Shown: positions 1 to 8,461 of the stretch, in pieces | How the letters are laid out: each line of letters begins with the position of its first letter | Numbering within the stretch: the stretch's first letter is position 1 | DNA from: Candidatus Omnitrophota bacterium | GTDB taxonomy: Bacteria; Omnitrophota; Gorgyraeia; Gygaellales; Profunditerraquicolaceae | Direction: 5' to 3' | Assembly: GCA_028712375.1 (NCBI GenBank) | Contig: JAQTQG010000003.1 | Span: forward strand, 14,619 to 78,618 | DNA length: 64,000 nucleotides | Position numbers and translations under genes: made by a program | Notes under the pieces: model-generated | Told to the model about the DNA's origin: nothing | Seen by the model: only the letters and a program-made list of their open reading frames with translations | The model's database searches: none

Positions 1-238
1 TCTGCCAGCTCATTACTTCCGGAGATTCCGGAAAATCATTTACCAACTTCTGATAAAACAACTTGGCTTCCAACAGGCTGCCTTTAGACTCGAGTTGGCG
101 CGCCTGAGCGGACAAAGAACGCGCTGATGAATGGCCGGGAGCTTGAACAGTTTTATTTATTTTTCTGCCGCTAAAAAAAATGGTGATCCCGGCTAACGCA
201 ACCACCGCTATAATTATAATTAAAATTATTTTTTTCAC
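1..238 (-). CDS. Partial ORF truncated by the window start. N-terminal membrane anchor (VKKIILIIIIAVVALAGITIFF) then a soluble region. Putative GTG start at 238..236.
   Basis: Hand translation of the reverse complement of 1-238 gives an open frame running off the window. No recognisable motif. Confidence 0.25.
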   Translation of the reverse strand, partial: MKKIILIIIIAVVALAGITIFFSGRKINKTVQAPGHSSARSLSAQARQLESKGSLLEAKLFYQKLVNDFPESPEVMSWQ

Positions 239-256
239 TTTCCACCCCCTGTCCAT

Positions 257-706
257 TTAAATCCGGGACACTAGCGCAATCGCAATACCCAATAATAATC
301 CCATAATTACTTCTACCGGAGTATGCCCGATAAGTTCACGCAGGCGCATTTGCTGAATTTTACCCCGCCAATAAATATCTTCCATAATTGTGTTTAGGAT
401 ACTGGCCTGTTTACCTGTGGAACGGCGAACACCCTGCGCATCAAACATTACGACAATCGCAAAAGCAAAAGCCAGGGCGAAATAAACACTATCAAACCCG
501 CATTCTAAACCGATACTAGTCGCTAAACATGCCGCGCCGGCAGCATGCGCAGAAGGCATGCCTCCGCTACCGATAAATAAACGAAAATCGAATTTCTTTT
601 TACGGAACACTCCAATGACCACCTTAATCGTCTGGGCGATCAACCAGGCAGAAACGGTAGACATTAAAATCTTATTCCGGTATATTTCGGTAAAAAATTC
701 CTTCAT
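257..706 (-). CDS. Divergent PAP2 / DUF212 (YuiD-like) membrane protein
   Basis: GSGGMPSAHAAGAACLATSIGLECGFDSVYFALAFAFAIVVMFDAQGVRR resembles the acid-phosphatase-related DUF212 signature. Multiple TM segments. Confidence 0.55.
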   Translation of the reverse strand: MKEFFTEIYRNKILMSTVSAWLIAQTIKVVIGVFRKKKFDFRLFIGSGGMPSAHAAGAACLATSIGLECGFDSVYFALAFAFAIVVMFDAQGVRRSTGKQASILNTIMEDIYWRGKIQQMRLRELIGHTPVEVIMGLLLGIAIALVSRI

Positions 707-1317
707 TATTCTTCGAGTTTTCCCGTTTCTTCAGAAAACGGCATGGGCCTGCCTGTAGCAGGAGTAACTTCAATTATTATTTTTTCAGATGTCAGGCGCC
801 CATCCTTAATTAAAAAACCACGGTTGCCTTCTATTTCCAACCCGAGAGCTTTACGTCTTTTAGACTTTAATTCTTTGATTGCCTTCTTTAATTCCGCCAC
901 TGAACCCAATTTCAGCTTGAATCGCTCGTTTTCAGAAAAAATACGCCTATGAATACCGATCAACGCCCGGTTTTCCGCTTTTAAGACCGTAAGCTTGGCA
1001 TTTGCTTCTTCAAGCTCATTCTGGGCTTTCGAGCTATCACGAAAAAGGCGCTTTATTTTCTTCATACTGGCCTTTAAATAAACCTTGAGATTTGTATTTT
1101 TGGCCGCCAGCTGCGCGTTAAGCTCTTGCTCTTTCTCCAGTTCTTGCAATAAGTTTTGTTTCTCTTGTGTTAAAATTGAAATTTTCCCTTGAGCCTGGAC
1201 CAGACTATCCTGAAGCCTGAATCTTGCCTTTAATTCGCTCACATACCTGACCATACTAAAAACAGTGACCACTAATAATAAGATGAGTGCCAGGTTTTTA
1301 ATCTTGTCTTTGGTCAT
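706..1317 (-). CDS. Membrane-anchored coiled-coil protein, function unknown
   Basis: N-terminal hydrophobic anchor (LALILLLVVTVFSMV) followed by long heptad-rich Q/E/K/L sequence. No catalytic motif. Confidence 0.4.
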   Translation of the reverse strand: MTKDKIKNLALILLLVVTVFSMVRYVSELKARFRLQDSLVQAQGKISILTQEKQNLLQELEKEQELNAQLAAKNTNLKVYLKASMKKIKRLFRDSSKAQNELEEANAKLTVLKAENRALIGIHRRIFSENERFKLKLGSVAELKKAIKELKSKRRKALGLEIEGNRGFLIKDGRLTSEKIIIEVTPATGRPMPFSEETGKLEE

Positions 1318-1509
1318 AACGTTATATTATATATTCCCTTACTTAAAAAGCAAGTTATTTTCCTTAAAACCCGGTTAGATTGCCGGCCTTAATCCGTCTA
1401 TTATCTTGGAAGGAGCAACCGCGCGCATACTGTGCATACCACCTGATAGGATTGACGGGGTACCGACACAAGTACAACGGGCATCGGATGCGTCCCACGT
1501 GGAGGAAAT

Positions 1510-1812
1510 ATGATCGCTAAGACTTATAGTTTTGGCCTGCTGGGCCTGGAGGCTTACCCGGTAGAGATTGAAATTGATGTAGCAAGCGGACTGCCGGCGA
1601 TTAACCTGGTAGGGCTGGCCGATACCGCAATTAAAGAAAGTAAAGAGAGAGTGCGCTCGGCCATTAAAAATTCAGGGTTCCAATGGCCTGCCCAAAGAAT
1701 AACGGTAAACCTGGCCCCTTCCGATATCAAGAAAGACGATACCAAAAAACCAGGATTCCCCCCCTACTTTTCCTCTAAAAGTTATACTCAATCTCTATCT
1801 TTCCCCCTATAA
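1510..1812 (+). pseudogene. comM: 5' fragment of Mg-chelatase-like competence protein ComM/YifB, interrupted after codon ~74 (…APSDIKK). The ORF reads into the inserted element and ends at 1812.
   Basis: MIAKTYSFGLLGLEAYPVEIEIDVASGLPAINLVGLADTAIKESKERVRSAIKNSGFQWPAQRITVNLAPSDIKK is the canonical YifB/ComM N-terminus. The remainder of the protein resumes at 20955. Confidence 0.8.
1720..1736. other. Left attachment junction (attL-like): tccGATATCAAgaaaga, 15/17 identical to the right junction
   Basis: Direct comparison of the two comM breakpoints. The shared GATATCAA core is codon-aligned (D-I-K) in both fragments. Confidence 0.6.
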
Positions 1813-3262
1813 ATACCCTGATAACCTTAATTAAGTCGTTAATCAAATCTCTTTTTTCCTGATCATTAGCCTCAGCCCAGGTAGACTTAAACTCCTTATA
1901 GAATCTACTTTGGCTCTTAAAATCATCCTTTTTTGTTTGTTCTCGCTCAAGTTTAATTCTAGCCTCTAAGATAGAGCATCCTATGCTATCTATTTCTTGT
2001 TTTATCCTCTCCAGCCTACTTAGGACGTCCTCATCATCCGATTTTTCAAGGGCGTTAAGTATCCTTTCTTTTGCCCTTTTTTTACCCTGAAGAGAATCTT
2101 CCTTATTTTTTATCTCTCCTCTAAGTCGGGTAATTTCTATCTGGGAATTTATTTTAAGATGTTTGAATAAATAAGATTCATCTGAAGATAATCCTTCCAC
2201 GTGTTTGAAAATCTCTTCCAGCACCTTATTTTCTAGAAAATCTTTACGATAATTTTTTCTATGCCTACACTTTCCGGGGTTCGTTCTTCTAAGAGAACAG
2301 GCATAATAATACAGATTTCCCCCGATCTTCTTCTGGCTCTTAGTTTGCTTCTGAACTAATTGGTGTCCACACTCACCGCACTGGGCAACATCCCTGATAA
2401 AGAATCCGGGAGCAATAAGTCCAACCTGAGCATGATTCTGGAAGTTCTGTTTTAAAATCTCCTGGGCCTTGGTAAAAACATCTTCACTAATTATCTCTGG
2501 ATGTTTTTTCTCATAGGTTTTTCCCTTTACCATCATCCTGCCTGTATATTTAACATTCTTTAGTATCCGTCTAATCTGCGTGTCTCTTATCAAAAAAGGT
2601 AAAGCGATCTTCTGATTTATCAATTCTTTTACTACTCGCTTATTACTCTTAAACCTGTTATACAGCTCGAAAATTAATCTTACTTTCTCGGCTTCTTCTT
2701 CAACTATAACAAAATGCTTGTTCTCTGATCTATAACCAAATGGAGGATACCCGCCGAAGTTTGTCCCATCCCGAGCAACCTTAATATATCTAGCAGTTAG
2801 GTTACGTTCTCTTATAGTATTTAATTCCATCTCGGCAAAGATCGCAGTTATCTGCATTACAAGTTTCCCCATATCACTAGAGGTATCAAAGGGCTGAGTA
2901 GCTGAAATGAAGACAACTTTGTTCTGCTCAAACTCTTTAAACAAGGTTAGCGTATCAAGAGCAGACCTTGAAATTCTATCAAGACGCCAAACCAATAGGG
3001 CTTTAACCTGGCCTTTGGCGATATCAGCCCTCAGCCTTTGTAATTCAGGCCTTTCGGTGTCGCTACCGCTTAGTTTATCAATATAGAAATCGGAATCTGT
3101 AAGAGGAAGATACCCGTGCAGCTTAGCGCTGTTTAAAATACCTTCCTTCTGCATATCAAGCCCAACCCTATTTACTTCGGCCTGCTCAAGCGTTGAAACT
3201 CGGAGATACGCTTTCGGTTTTATCTGTTCTGTGTTCATTAGTTTTATTTTGCCTTCTTTCAA
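1775..3262 (-). CDS. Large serine recombinase (integrase)
   Basis: N-terminal resolvase domain with catalytic serine context (YLRVSTLEQ). Long recombinase domain. Cys-rich zinc-ribbon (CGECGHQL…YYACSLRRTNPGKC). C-terminal coiled-coil. 495 aa. Stop is 45 nt from the att core. Confidence 0.85.
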   Translation of the reverse strand: MKEGKIKLMNTEQIKPKAYLRVSTLEQAEVNRVGLDMQKEGILNSAKLHGYLPLTDSDFYIDKLSGSDTERPELQRLRADIAKGQVKALLVWRLDRISRSALDTLTLFKEFEQNKVVFISATQPFDTSSDMGKLVMQITAIFAEMELNTIRERNLTARYIKVARDGTNFGGYPPFGYRSENKHFVIVEEEAEKVRLIFELYNRFKSNKRVVKELINQKIALPFLIRDTQIRRILKNVKYTGRMMVKGKTYEKKHPEIISEDVFTKAQEILKQNFQNHAQVGLIAPGFFIRDVAQCGECGHQLVQKQTKSQKKIGGNLYYYACSLRRTNPGKCRHRKNYRKDFLENKVLEEIFKHVEGLSSDESYLFKHLKINSQIEITRLRGEIKNKEDSLQGKKRAKERILNALEKSDDEDVLSRLERIKQEIDSIGCSILEARIKLEREQTKKDDFKSQSRFYKEFKSTWAEANDQEKRDLINDLIKVIRVFIGGKIEIEYNF

Positions 3263-3397
3263 CTATCTTTTTTACTATCTCCCAAAAATGATCTTCGTTT
3301 TCGTTCTTTACTAAATTAGATTTCATTTACTTTTCTCCTTGCTCTATACTTTGTCCTAAACATTGTCTTTTTTACAGTGTAAGATCAAAAAAAATCC

Positions 3398-3913
3398 TTA
3401 CTTGTTCTGGCTGATCAAAGTCACCATCTGTATATTCTCGAAATTCTTTCTACTTTCTATCTCAAGTATTTTATCCGCTTTATCTATCCGGTCATCAATT
3501 TCGTTGCAAATATCCAAATACCGGGTGACATTATCCAAAAGCTGTTGATGATCAGCCTTATGGTCTTCTTTTACAACGCCTAATCGTAGGACCAGATCAG
3601 CATATGACACTTTTCCAGTCGGTATCTCATGACCTTTTAAGACAATAGGAGAATCTATGATCTGTTTTCTTAAATTAAGAAAGTCCTTTATCCTCTTAAG
3701 CGACATCCCTATCATCTTCATAGTAAGGACTTGTTTTATTGTGTCGACTACCTCTCGGCCATATACCCGGTATCTATTCTCCATCTTTTCCGGTGAGAAC
3801 AATCCATAATCCTCGTATTTTCTGAGCTGCTCGCTGGATATATCAAAGCCTTGACGCTGCAACTCTTCGGCTAATTCCGTTCTTAAAAGTCCATCTACTG
3901 GTGATTTATCCAT
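3398..3913 (-). CDS. MerR-family HTH protein, candidate regulator or recombination directionality factor
   Basis: LRKYEDYGLFSPEKMENRYRVYGREVVDTIKQVLTMKMIGMSLKRIKDF resembles the MerR N-terminal HTH. Sits adjacent to the serine integrase. Confidence 0.45.
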   Translation of the reverse strand: MDKSPVDGLLRTELAEELQRQGFDISSEQLRKYEDYGLFSPEKMENRYRVYGREVVDTIKQVLTMKMIGMSLKRIKDFLNLRKQIIDSPIVLKGHEIPTGKVSYADLVLRLGVVKEDHKADHQQLLDNVTRYLDICNEIDDRIDKADKILEIESRKNFENIQMVTLISQNK

Positions 3914-4061
3914 CTGTATCCTTTCCTGACATTAAGACTGTCTTTAAGGCTGTCTTATTATAATCACATCATAGCCTATTTGTCAAGAAATTTCTTTAGT
4001 TATTTTTTGTAGATAAACTGTCTTTTAAAACTCGGCATTTTCTCCGTCTGCGGTAATTAAT

Positions 4062-4370
4062 TTACGTCTTTTTAAGTGGCGTACCATCTGAATCTACCAT
4101 CCTATTTGAAACAATTAGAATTAGATCGATTAACCACCACATGCCAAGACCTCCAAGCGTGCATAATTTCAATATCCCTAACCCTACGTAACCAAGATAG
4201 AATCTATCAAATCCCCAATATCCGAGAAAAAGAGAAAGCAATAACGCCACTAACCAACTTTTACCTTCTTTCTGTAGCCCACTAATTGATCTTCCAGATA
4301 CTGCACAACCGCACTTAACGCAAATAACGGCTTCATTGTCTATCTCTGCACCACATTTTTGACAAAACAT
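4062..4370 (-). CDS. Zinc-ribbon + TM2-domain small membrane protein
   Basis: N-terminal [10 protein letters not shown]…CVKCG zinc ribbon. [35 protein letters not shown] matches the TM2-domain pattern. Confidence 0.55.
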   Translation of the reverse strand: MFCQKCGAEIDNEAVICVKCGCAVSGRSISGLQKEGKSWLVALLLSLFLGYWGFDRFYLGYVGLGILKLCTLGGLGMWWLIDLILIVSNRMVDSDGTPLKKT

Positions 4371-4392
4371 TAAAGCCTCCTTTATCTTAAAT

Positions 4393-4764
4393 TTATCTTC
4401 CAGTTATAGAATTAATTATAGTCATAGGATGGACAAACCACAGAATAAGAAGTATTGTGAAAATTGTCCCCATAATTACGCCAAACATAGCCCTACCCAT
4501 TCCGTGTTTTTCAGGGTTTCTCTTAATGTCCCTTATCGCGAGAATACCAAATAGCAAAGCAAACGGAGCTGGAATAAAAAGAATGGAAAAGAAAGCTAAA
4601 TAGCCCGCTGTAATAGCATATCCTGATCTTCCCACTGGCAATAAAGCACGAACAAGGGCATCCTGTCCTGGATCCTTGTTTATTTTTGCTCCTGTAGGAA
4701 CTCCGCACTTCATACAAACAACAGCATCGTCTTTAATTTCTCCACCGCATTTTCTACAAAACAT
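4393..4764 (-). CDS. Zinc-ribbon + DUF4190-like small membrane protein
   Basis: [10 protein letters not shown]…CMKCG ribbon almost identical to the neighbour's. C-terminal Gly-rich TM hairpins ([16 protein letters not shown]). Confidence 0.5.
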   Translation of the reverse strand: MFCRKCGGEIKDDAVVCMKCGVPTGAKINKDPGQDALVRALLPVGRSGYAITAGYLAFFSILFIPAPFALLFGILAIRDIKRNPEKHGMGRAMFGVIMGTIFTILLILWFVHPMTIINSITGR

Positions 4765-4835
4765 TTTGCTCCTCCCTTTTATTTCCGAAACCAGGTCTTT
4801 TATTCCTTAGTATTTTAGCTATATGTAGATAGCTC

Positions 4836-5228
4836 TTAATTCTTTCGGACACATTCTGCCTCGACTATATTCCCCCCAGGCATTACTGTGAACATTTTAG
4901 TTCCCGTGGTTCCACAAACAGACGGTGCTGCAATAATCCCATATTCGTTAGGAAATAAATTTACTCCATAGTAGTAGCCATTCACTGTTTTGCTATTGTA
5001 AGCTTCAAAATTAGCGAAATATTGAGTAACCTCATCTCCAGTAGTAGGATATTGCCCCCCGTGGGAAGATGCATAAACCTCAAGCGCTGTAGATATATAC
5101 CTAACCGTTGCTTTTGCAGCAGCTTCATTTTTTGCTATATTATTTCCACAACCCATTACAAAACCCCCAATCAGGACACCCATTAACACAATCCAAACTT
5201 TTCTCATTCTACTCCCTCCTTTTTTCAT
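4836..5228 (-). CDS. Lipoprotein, function unknown
   Basis: Signal peptide with lipobox (LIGGFVMGCGNN), then a soluble domain. Confidence 0.45.
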   Translation of the reverse strand: MKKGGSRMRKVWIVLMGVLIGGFVMGCGNNIAKNEAAAKATVRYISTALEVYASSHGGQYPTTGDEVTQYFANFEAYNSKTVNGYYYGVNLFPNEYGIIAAPSVCGTTGTKMFTVMPGGNIVEAECVRKN

Positions 5229-5279
5229 ATATTATCACCTAATTTAATAGGTGTAAATAGAAAAGACCGACAATAGTAG

Positions 5280-5531
5280 GTGTTCAAAGAGAGGATTTTA
5301 TTGGAAAATGTTAATATGGAAAACATCAATATCAGGTTCGGTAAACATTTGAGGGAATTAAGGAAGGAACGGGAACTGACACAAGAAGAGCTTGCTGAGA
5401 TTTCGGGGCTTGACTATAAATATATCCAACGTCTGGAAGGTAAAAAGCCTTCTTCTCCTACCCTAAATTCATTAGAAAAGATTGCTAAAGCCTTTAATAT
5501 AAGACTCTCAAAATTACTTAAATTTAATTAA
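5280..5531 (+). CDS. XRE-family (Cro/C1-type) HTH transcriptional regulator
   Basis: GKHLRELRKERELTQEELAEISGLDYKYIQRLEGKK is a classic HTH_3. Divergent from the lipoprotein gene. Confidence 0.75.
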   Translation: MFKERILLENVNMENINIRFGKHLRELRKERELTQEELAEISGLDYKYIQRLEGKKPSSPTLNSLEKIAKAFNIRLSKLLKFN

Positions 5532-6193
5532 TACCAACCATCAAGAATACACATTAGAATGCTTAATTCGTTAAGAACGGCCCGAAACTTCTTGTCCTTC
5601 TTGTAGTGCTTGTTATAAGATTCTTCACCTTGGACAACAAGATATTTCTTCTTTTTTGAATCCCAATCGAATTTAATCCTTGTGCCTTCGGCCTTAGTCG
5701 TAACAGTACGGAGTACTCCATCCTTCTTCATTCTCTTAGCATATTCTTCCTCTGGAATGCCGTCTTTACGAGCATGCTTGCCAATAAACTTCTCATGGAT
5801 CTCACGCACATAATCAATCCACTCTTGCTCTTCACTAGGCGGCTTATAACCTTCTGGCAGAATATCACTCATCTTCTTTGCATTACTCACATAACGAGAA
5901 TAAGCCGTAACATCACCAGTGCCGATCCAACGGTCAATGTCACTCTTGCGGAATATGGCTCTACCATCAGCTATACGTGAGAACGGCATCTTTTCCTGAC
6001 GCACCCAACCATCTATAGTCGTTTGTGGCACGCAAAGATATTCTGCTACTTGGACCTTACTTAAATGAATCCTTTTTGTTTTTTTGAATGTTTCGGATTC
6101 TTGGAGGGATTTTTGATCTAAAAACTCACCACAATGACGACACTTAATAGCTTCTTCTTGGATTTCTTCAGCACAAAATGGACATTTCTTCAT
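5528..6193 (-). CDS. Zinc-ribbon + excisionase-family (HTH_17/AlpA-Xis-like) DNA-binding protein
   Basis: N-terminal CPFCAEEI…CRHCG. LSKVQVAEYLCVPQTTIDGWVRQEKMPFSRIADGRAIFRKSDIDRWI matches the excisionase-family HTH. Confidence 0.55.
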   Translation of the reverse strand: MKKCPFCAEEIQEEAIKCRHCGEFLDQKSLQESETFKKTKRIHLSKVQVAEYLCVPQTTIDGWVRQEKMPFSRIADGRAIFRKSDIDRWIGTGDVTAYSRYVSNAKKMSDILPEGYKPPSEEQEWIDYVREIHEKFIGKHARKDGIPEEEYAKRMKKDGVLRTVTTKAEGTRIKFDWDSKKKKYLVVQGEESYNKHYKKDKKFRAVLNELSILMCILDGWY

Positions 6194-6198
6194 ATCAA

Positions 6199-7509
6199 TT
6201 ATTTAGCTAAAGTAAGGCTTTTGAGTGAGTTGGCAAAAAATTCACCAATTATAGATTCTTCATAAGAGATGCTCTCACCTTTAGGTAAGATATAGAGATT
6301 CTTGATTTCATTCATAAGAGAACGGTAATTCTGAACATCAATTGAACTAGAATTAAGATTATCTCTATAGGGGTTAAGTGTTTTCATTTTTTCATTAAGA
6401 TCTTCAATTTTAGAGAAAATTTTATTAATTCTGTTAAAAATTACCTGGTTGGTATAAAACACTTCAAGCTTAATCAACTCTGGCCACATAGCATGCTTAT
6501 TTGCAGTATTAAAATCTTTATAATTCAATAATACCCAATGCGAATCTGCGTATAAATAATTATTTACCCCTATAAAAAGTAGCTGATAGTATTCTTTTAA
6601 ATCCCCATCAAGAGCAGCTAGATAATTACGGGTCACCTTTGCCTCGGGATCTGAATTTATCTTCTTTAAAACAATATCGCCTTTTCGACTCAACTCCTCT
6701 TCTTCGGATTTAATGAATTTTCTAACCTTTTCCTTAGAAATTTCAGTTACATTATCCAATAGCCATTTTGCTACTGTGAGCTTAAAATTTCTTAAACCAC
6801 CATATGAAAGATGCTCTAGGCCATCAATATCAGTAAATTTTTCTACTTCAGGCCGTAGTAAAAGACAAACTTTTATTCCTAATCCATGCATTAAACCATA
6901 CTCATAACTAACACTGTTACTTGCAGAAGATATATCTACAATTCCATATTTACAGGTTTTTATTAATTTGCAAACTTTACAAAGAACAGCTTCAGAGGTT
7001 AATTTATCCTTGGCTATGATTGGAATTAAACCAAACTTAGTTAATATTTCTTTTAAAGCTGATTCGCAATCCTCATATTTTTGATAAGGTATATCTAAAA
7101 AAACGTTATTCTCGTTAAATTCCTGTGTAATTTCATTATTCAAATCACAAGCATCCTTTGCTAAAGGCCCACAGGCATTAATAAAGACTTTTTCCGAATC
7201 CACACTTTTTTGTTTAGGCTTTGTAGCATTCTCCTTGCCACTTTCTTTTTCCAATTTTAACTCTTCTATTGCCATCTGAACTTGACTTTTCATTATGTTG
7301 AATGCTGGTTTCAAAGTATAAGAAGAAAGTGGTAAATTAATTTTGTGGGCATTTTGTATAAAATTATAGTAATATTGTTCATTAAATTTCAACAATGGTG
7401 CAACTTTGTTCGACCAATCAATACATGCTTGCTGAGAAGGAAATCCCTTTTCGACTTCCTCTATATTATAAAGATCTTGTAATTTTTTTAAAATTCCACC
7501 GAAATCCAT
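6199..7509 (-). CDS. Hypothetical protein with central TIR/nucleoside-2-deoxyribosyltransferase-like motif. Candidate effector or sensor of the defence cassette.
   Basis: KVFINACGP…IVDISSASNSVSYEYGLMHGLGIKVCLLL resembles the N…E-G-A-LGKPV pattern of NDT/TIR-like Rossmannoid domains. Otherwise no match I can recognise. 49 nt downstream of the Cas4-like gene. Confidence 0.3.
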   Translation of the reverse strand: MDFGGILKKLQDLYNIEEVEKGFPSQQACIDWSNKVAPLLKFNEQYYYNFIQNAHKINLPLSSYTLKPAFNIMKSQVQMAIEELKLEKESGKENATKPKQKSVDSEKVFINACGPLAKDACDLNNEITQEFNENNVFLDIPYQKYEDCESALKEILTKFGLIPIIAKDKLTSEAVLCKVCKLIKTCKYGIVDISSASNSVSYEYGLMHGLGIKVCLLLRPEVEKFTDIDGLEHLSYGGLRNFKLTVAKWLLDNVTEISKEKVRKFIKSEEEELSRKGDIVLKKINSDPEAKVTRNYLAALDGDLKEYYQLLFIGVNNYLYADSHWVLLNYKDFNTANKHAMWPELIKLEVFYTNQVIFNRINKIFSKIEDLNEKMKTLNPYRDNLNSSSIDVQNYRSLMNEIKNLYILPKGESISYEESIIGEFFANSLKSLTLAK

Positions 7510-7558
7510 CTTTTAATATTTTTAAATATTTGTGGAGTAACCAGCAAGTAAGTTAACA

Positions 7559-8317
7559 TTACCCTACTTTAACTTCTTTCAGTATTTTCTGGTAAATACA
7601 GAAATCACAATCAGCACTATATTCAGGAACTACGGGACCCACCAAGCATTTATACATCTCAATAATCTTAGCCTCAATCCAAGAATCATTTCCGTCATAA
7701 GGTATTATTTTGATATCGAAATCAAGCTTTGCACTAAAGGTATCCCTGTCAGTAAGCCCATTGCAATACACAAAATAACCGGTTGGAGATACATTAAAAC
7801 CGTTTTTTCTGAATAACCACTGGTATATTTCCATCTGCCTCTTATAAGATATCTGCCAATCAGCATCTATGCTTACTTCTTCTTCCTTTGATGTGCTCTT
7901 GTAATCTACGATAAATAGCTGGCCATCCGATGAGGCCCAAACGTCATCTATCCCCCCTGTAAGTAAAAGATTTGTCGGTATGTGCAGATATTCAATACCA
8001 CCATGAAGAGCATCCCGCCAGATATTCAGCTTATCGTGCTTAAAAGGAACCGCCTTGATCCCATTTGCTTCCATAAGAGGATGGCTTATCTGTTTATTCC
8101 GATAGACATCGAATTCTTTCTTCAGTAACTTGTCTACTGCTGAATTTAGTGTAAAAGGGAACCCGGGTGGTTGCCCTACGCCTAATCTTCTGTCTAAATA
8201 GAAGCAACGTGGGCAATTTATGAATAGTTCAATTTTGGAGCGGCTTAGTTTAAATGGAATTTTACTATGCGGATCGAATAAATTCTTAGTTTTTCTACCA
8301 GTATAGTATTTAGACAT
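7559..8317 (-). CDS. Cas4/RecB-like PD-(D/E)xK nuclease with probable Fe-S cysteines
   Basis: GGIDDVW…LFIVDYKSTSK (motifs II/III). YKRQMEIYQW (QxxxY). Cys pairs at both ends (CPRC…CDFC). Confidence 0.6.
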   Translation of the reverse strand: MSKYYTGRKTKNLFDPHSKIPFKLSRSKIELFINCPRCFYLDRRLGVGQPPGFPFTLNSAVDKLLKKEFDVYRNKQISHPLMEANGIKAVPFKHDKLNIWRDALHGGIEYLHIPTNLLLTGGIDDVWASSDGQLFIVDYKSTSKEEEVSIDADWQISYKRQMEIYQWLFRKNGFNVSPTGYFVYCNGLTDRDTFSAKLDFDIKIIPYDGNDSWIEAKIIEMYKCLVGPVVPEYSADCDFCIYQKILKEVKVG

Positions 8318-8461
8318 AGACCTACAGACTATTATTCCCGATTCTTCTTTGGCTATCTGCCGCCGTAGAACTTAAACTAGGCTTGGATTTAGGTTATCTA
8401 TCCATCAGCTTAAAAGCTTCCCGCTTTCAACAATGCTGATGTAGTGAAAAAACTATAAATC

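Noticed and set aside
558-952. Plus-strand ORFs 558-758 and 743-952
   Set aside because: Fully antisense to well-supported minus-strand genes. No motifs. Typical shadow ORFs.
5229-5279. Operator palindrome in the XRE divergent promoter (cacctaatttaataggtg, taggtgt x2)
   Set aside because: Imperfect. Could be an operator, but too weak to call as a feature from sequence alone.
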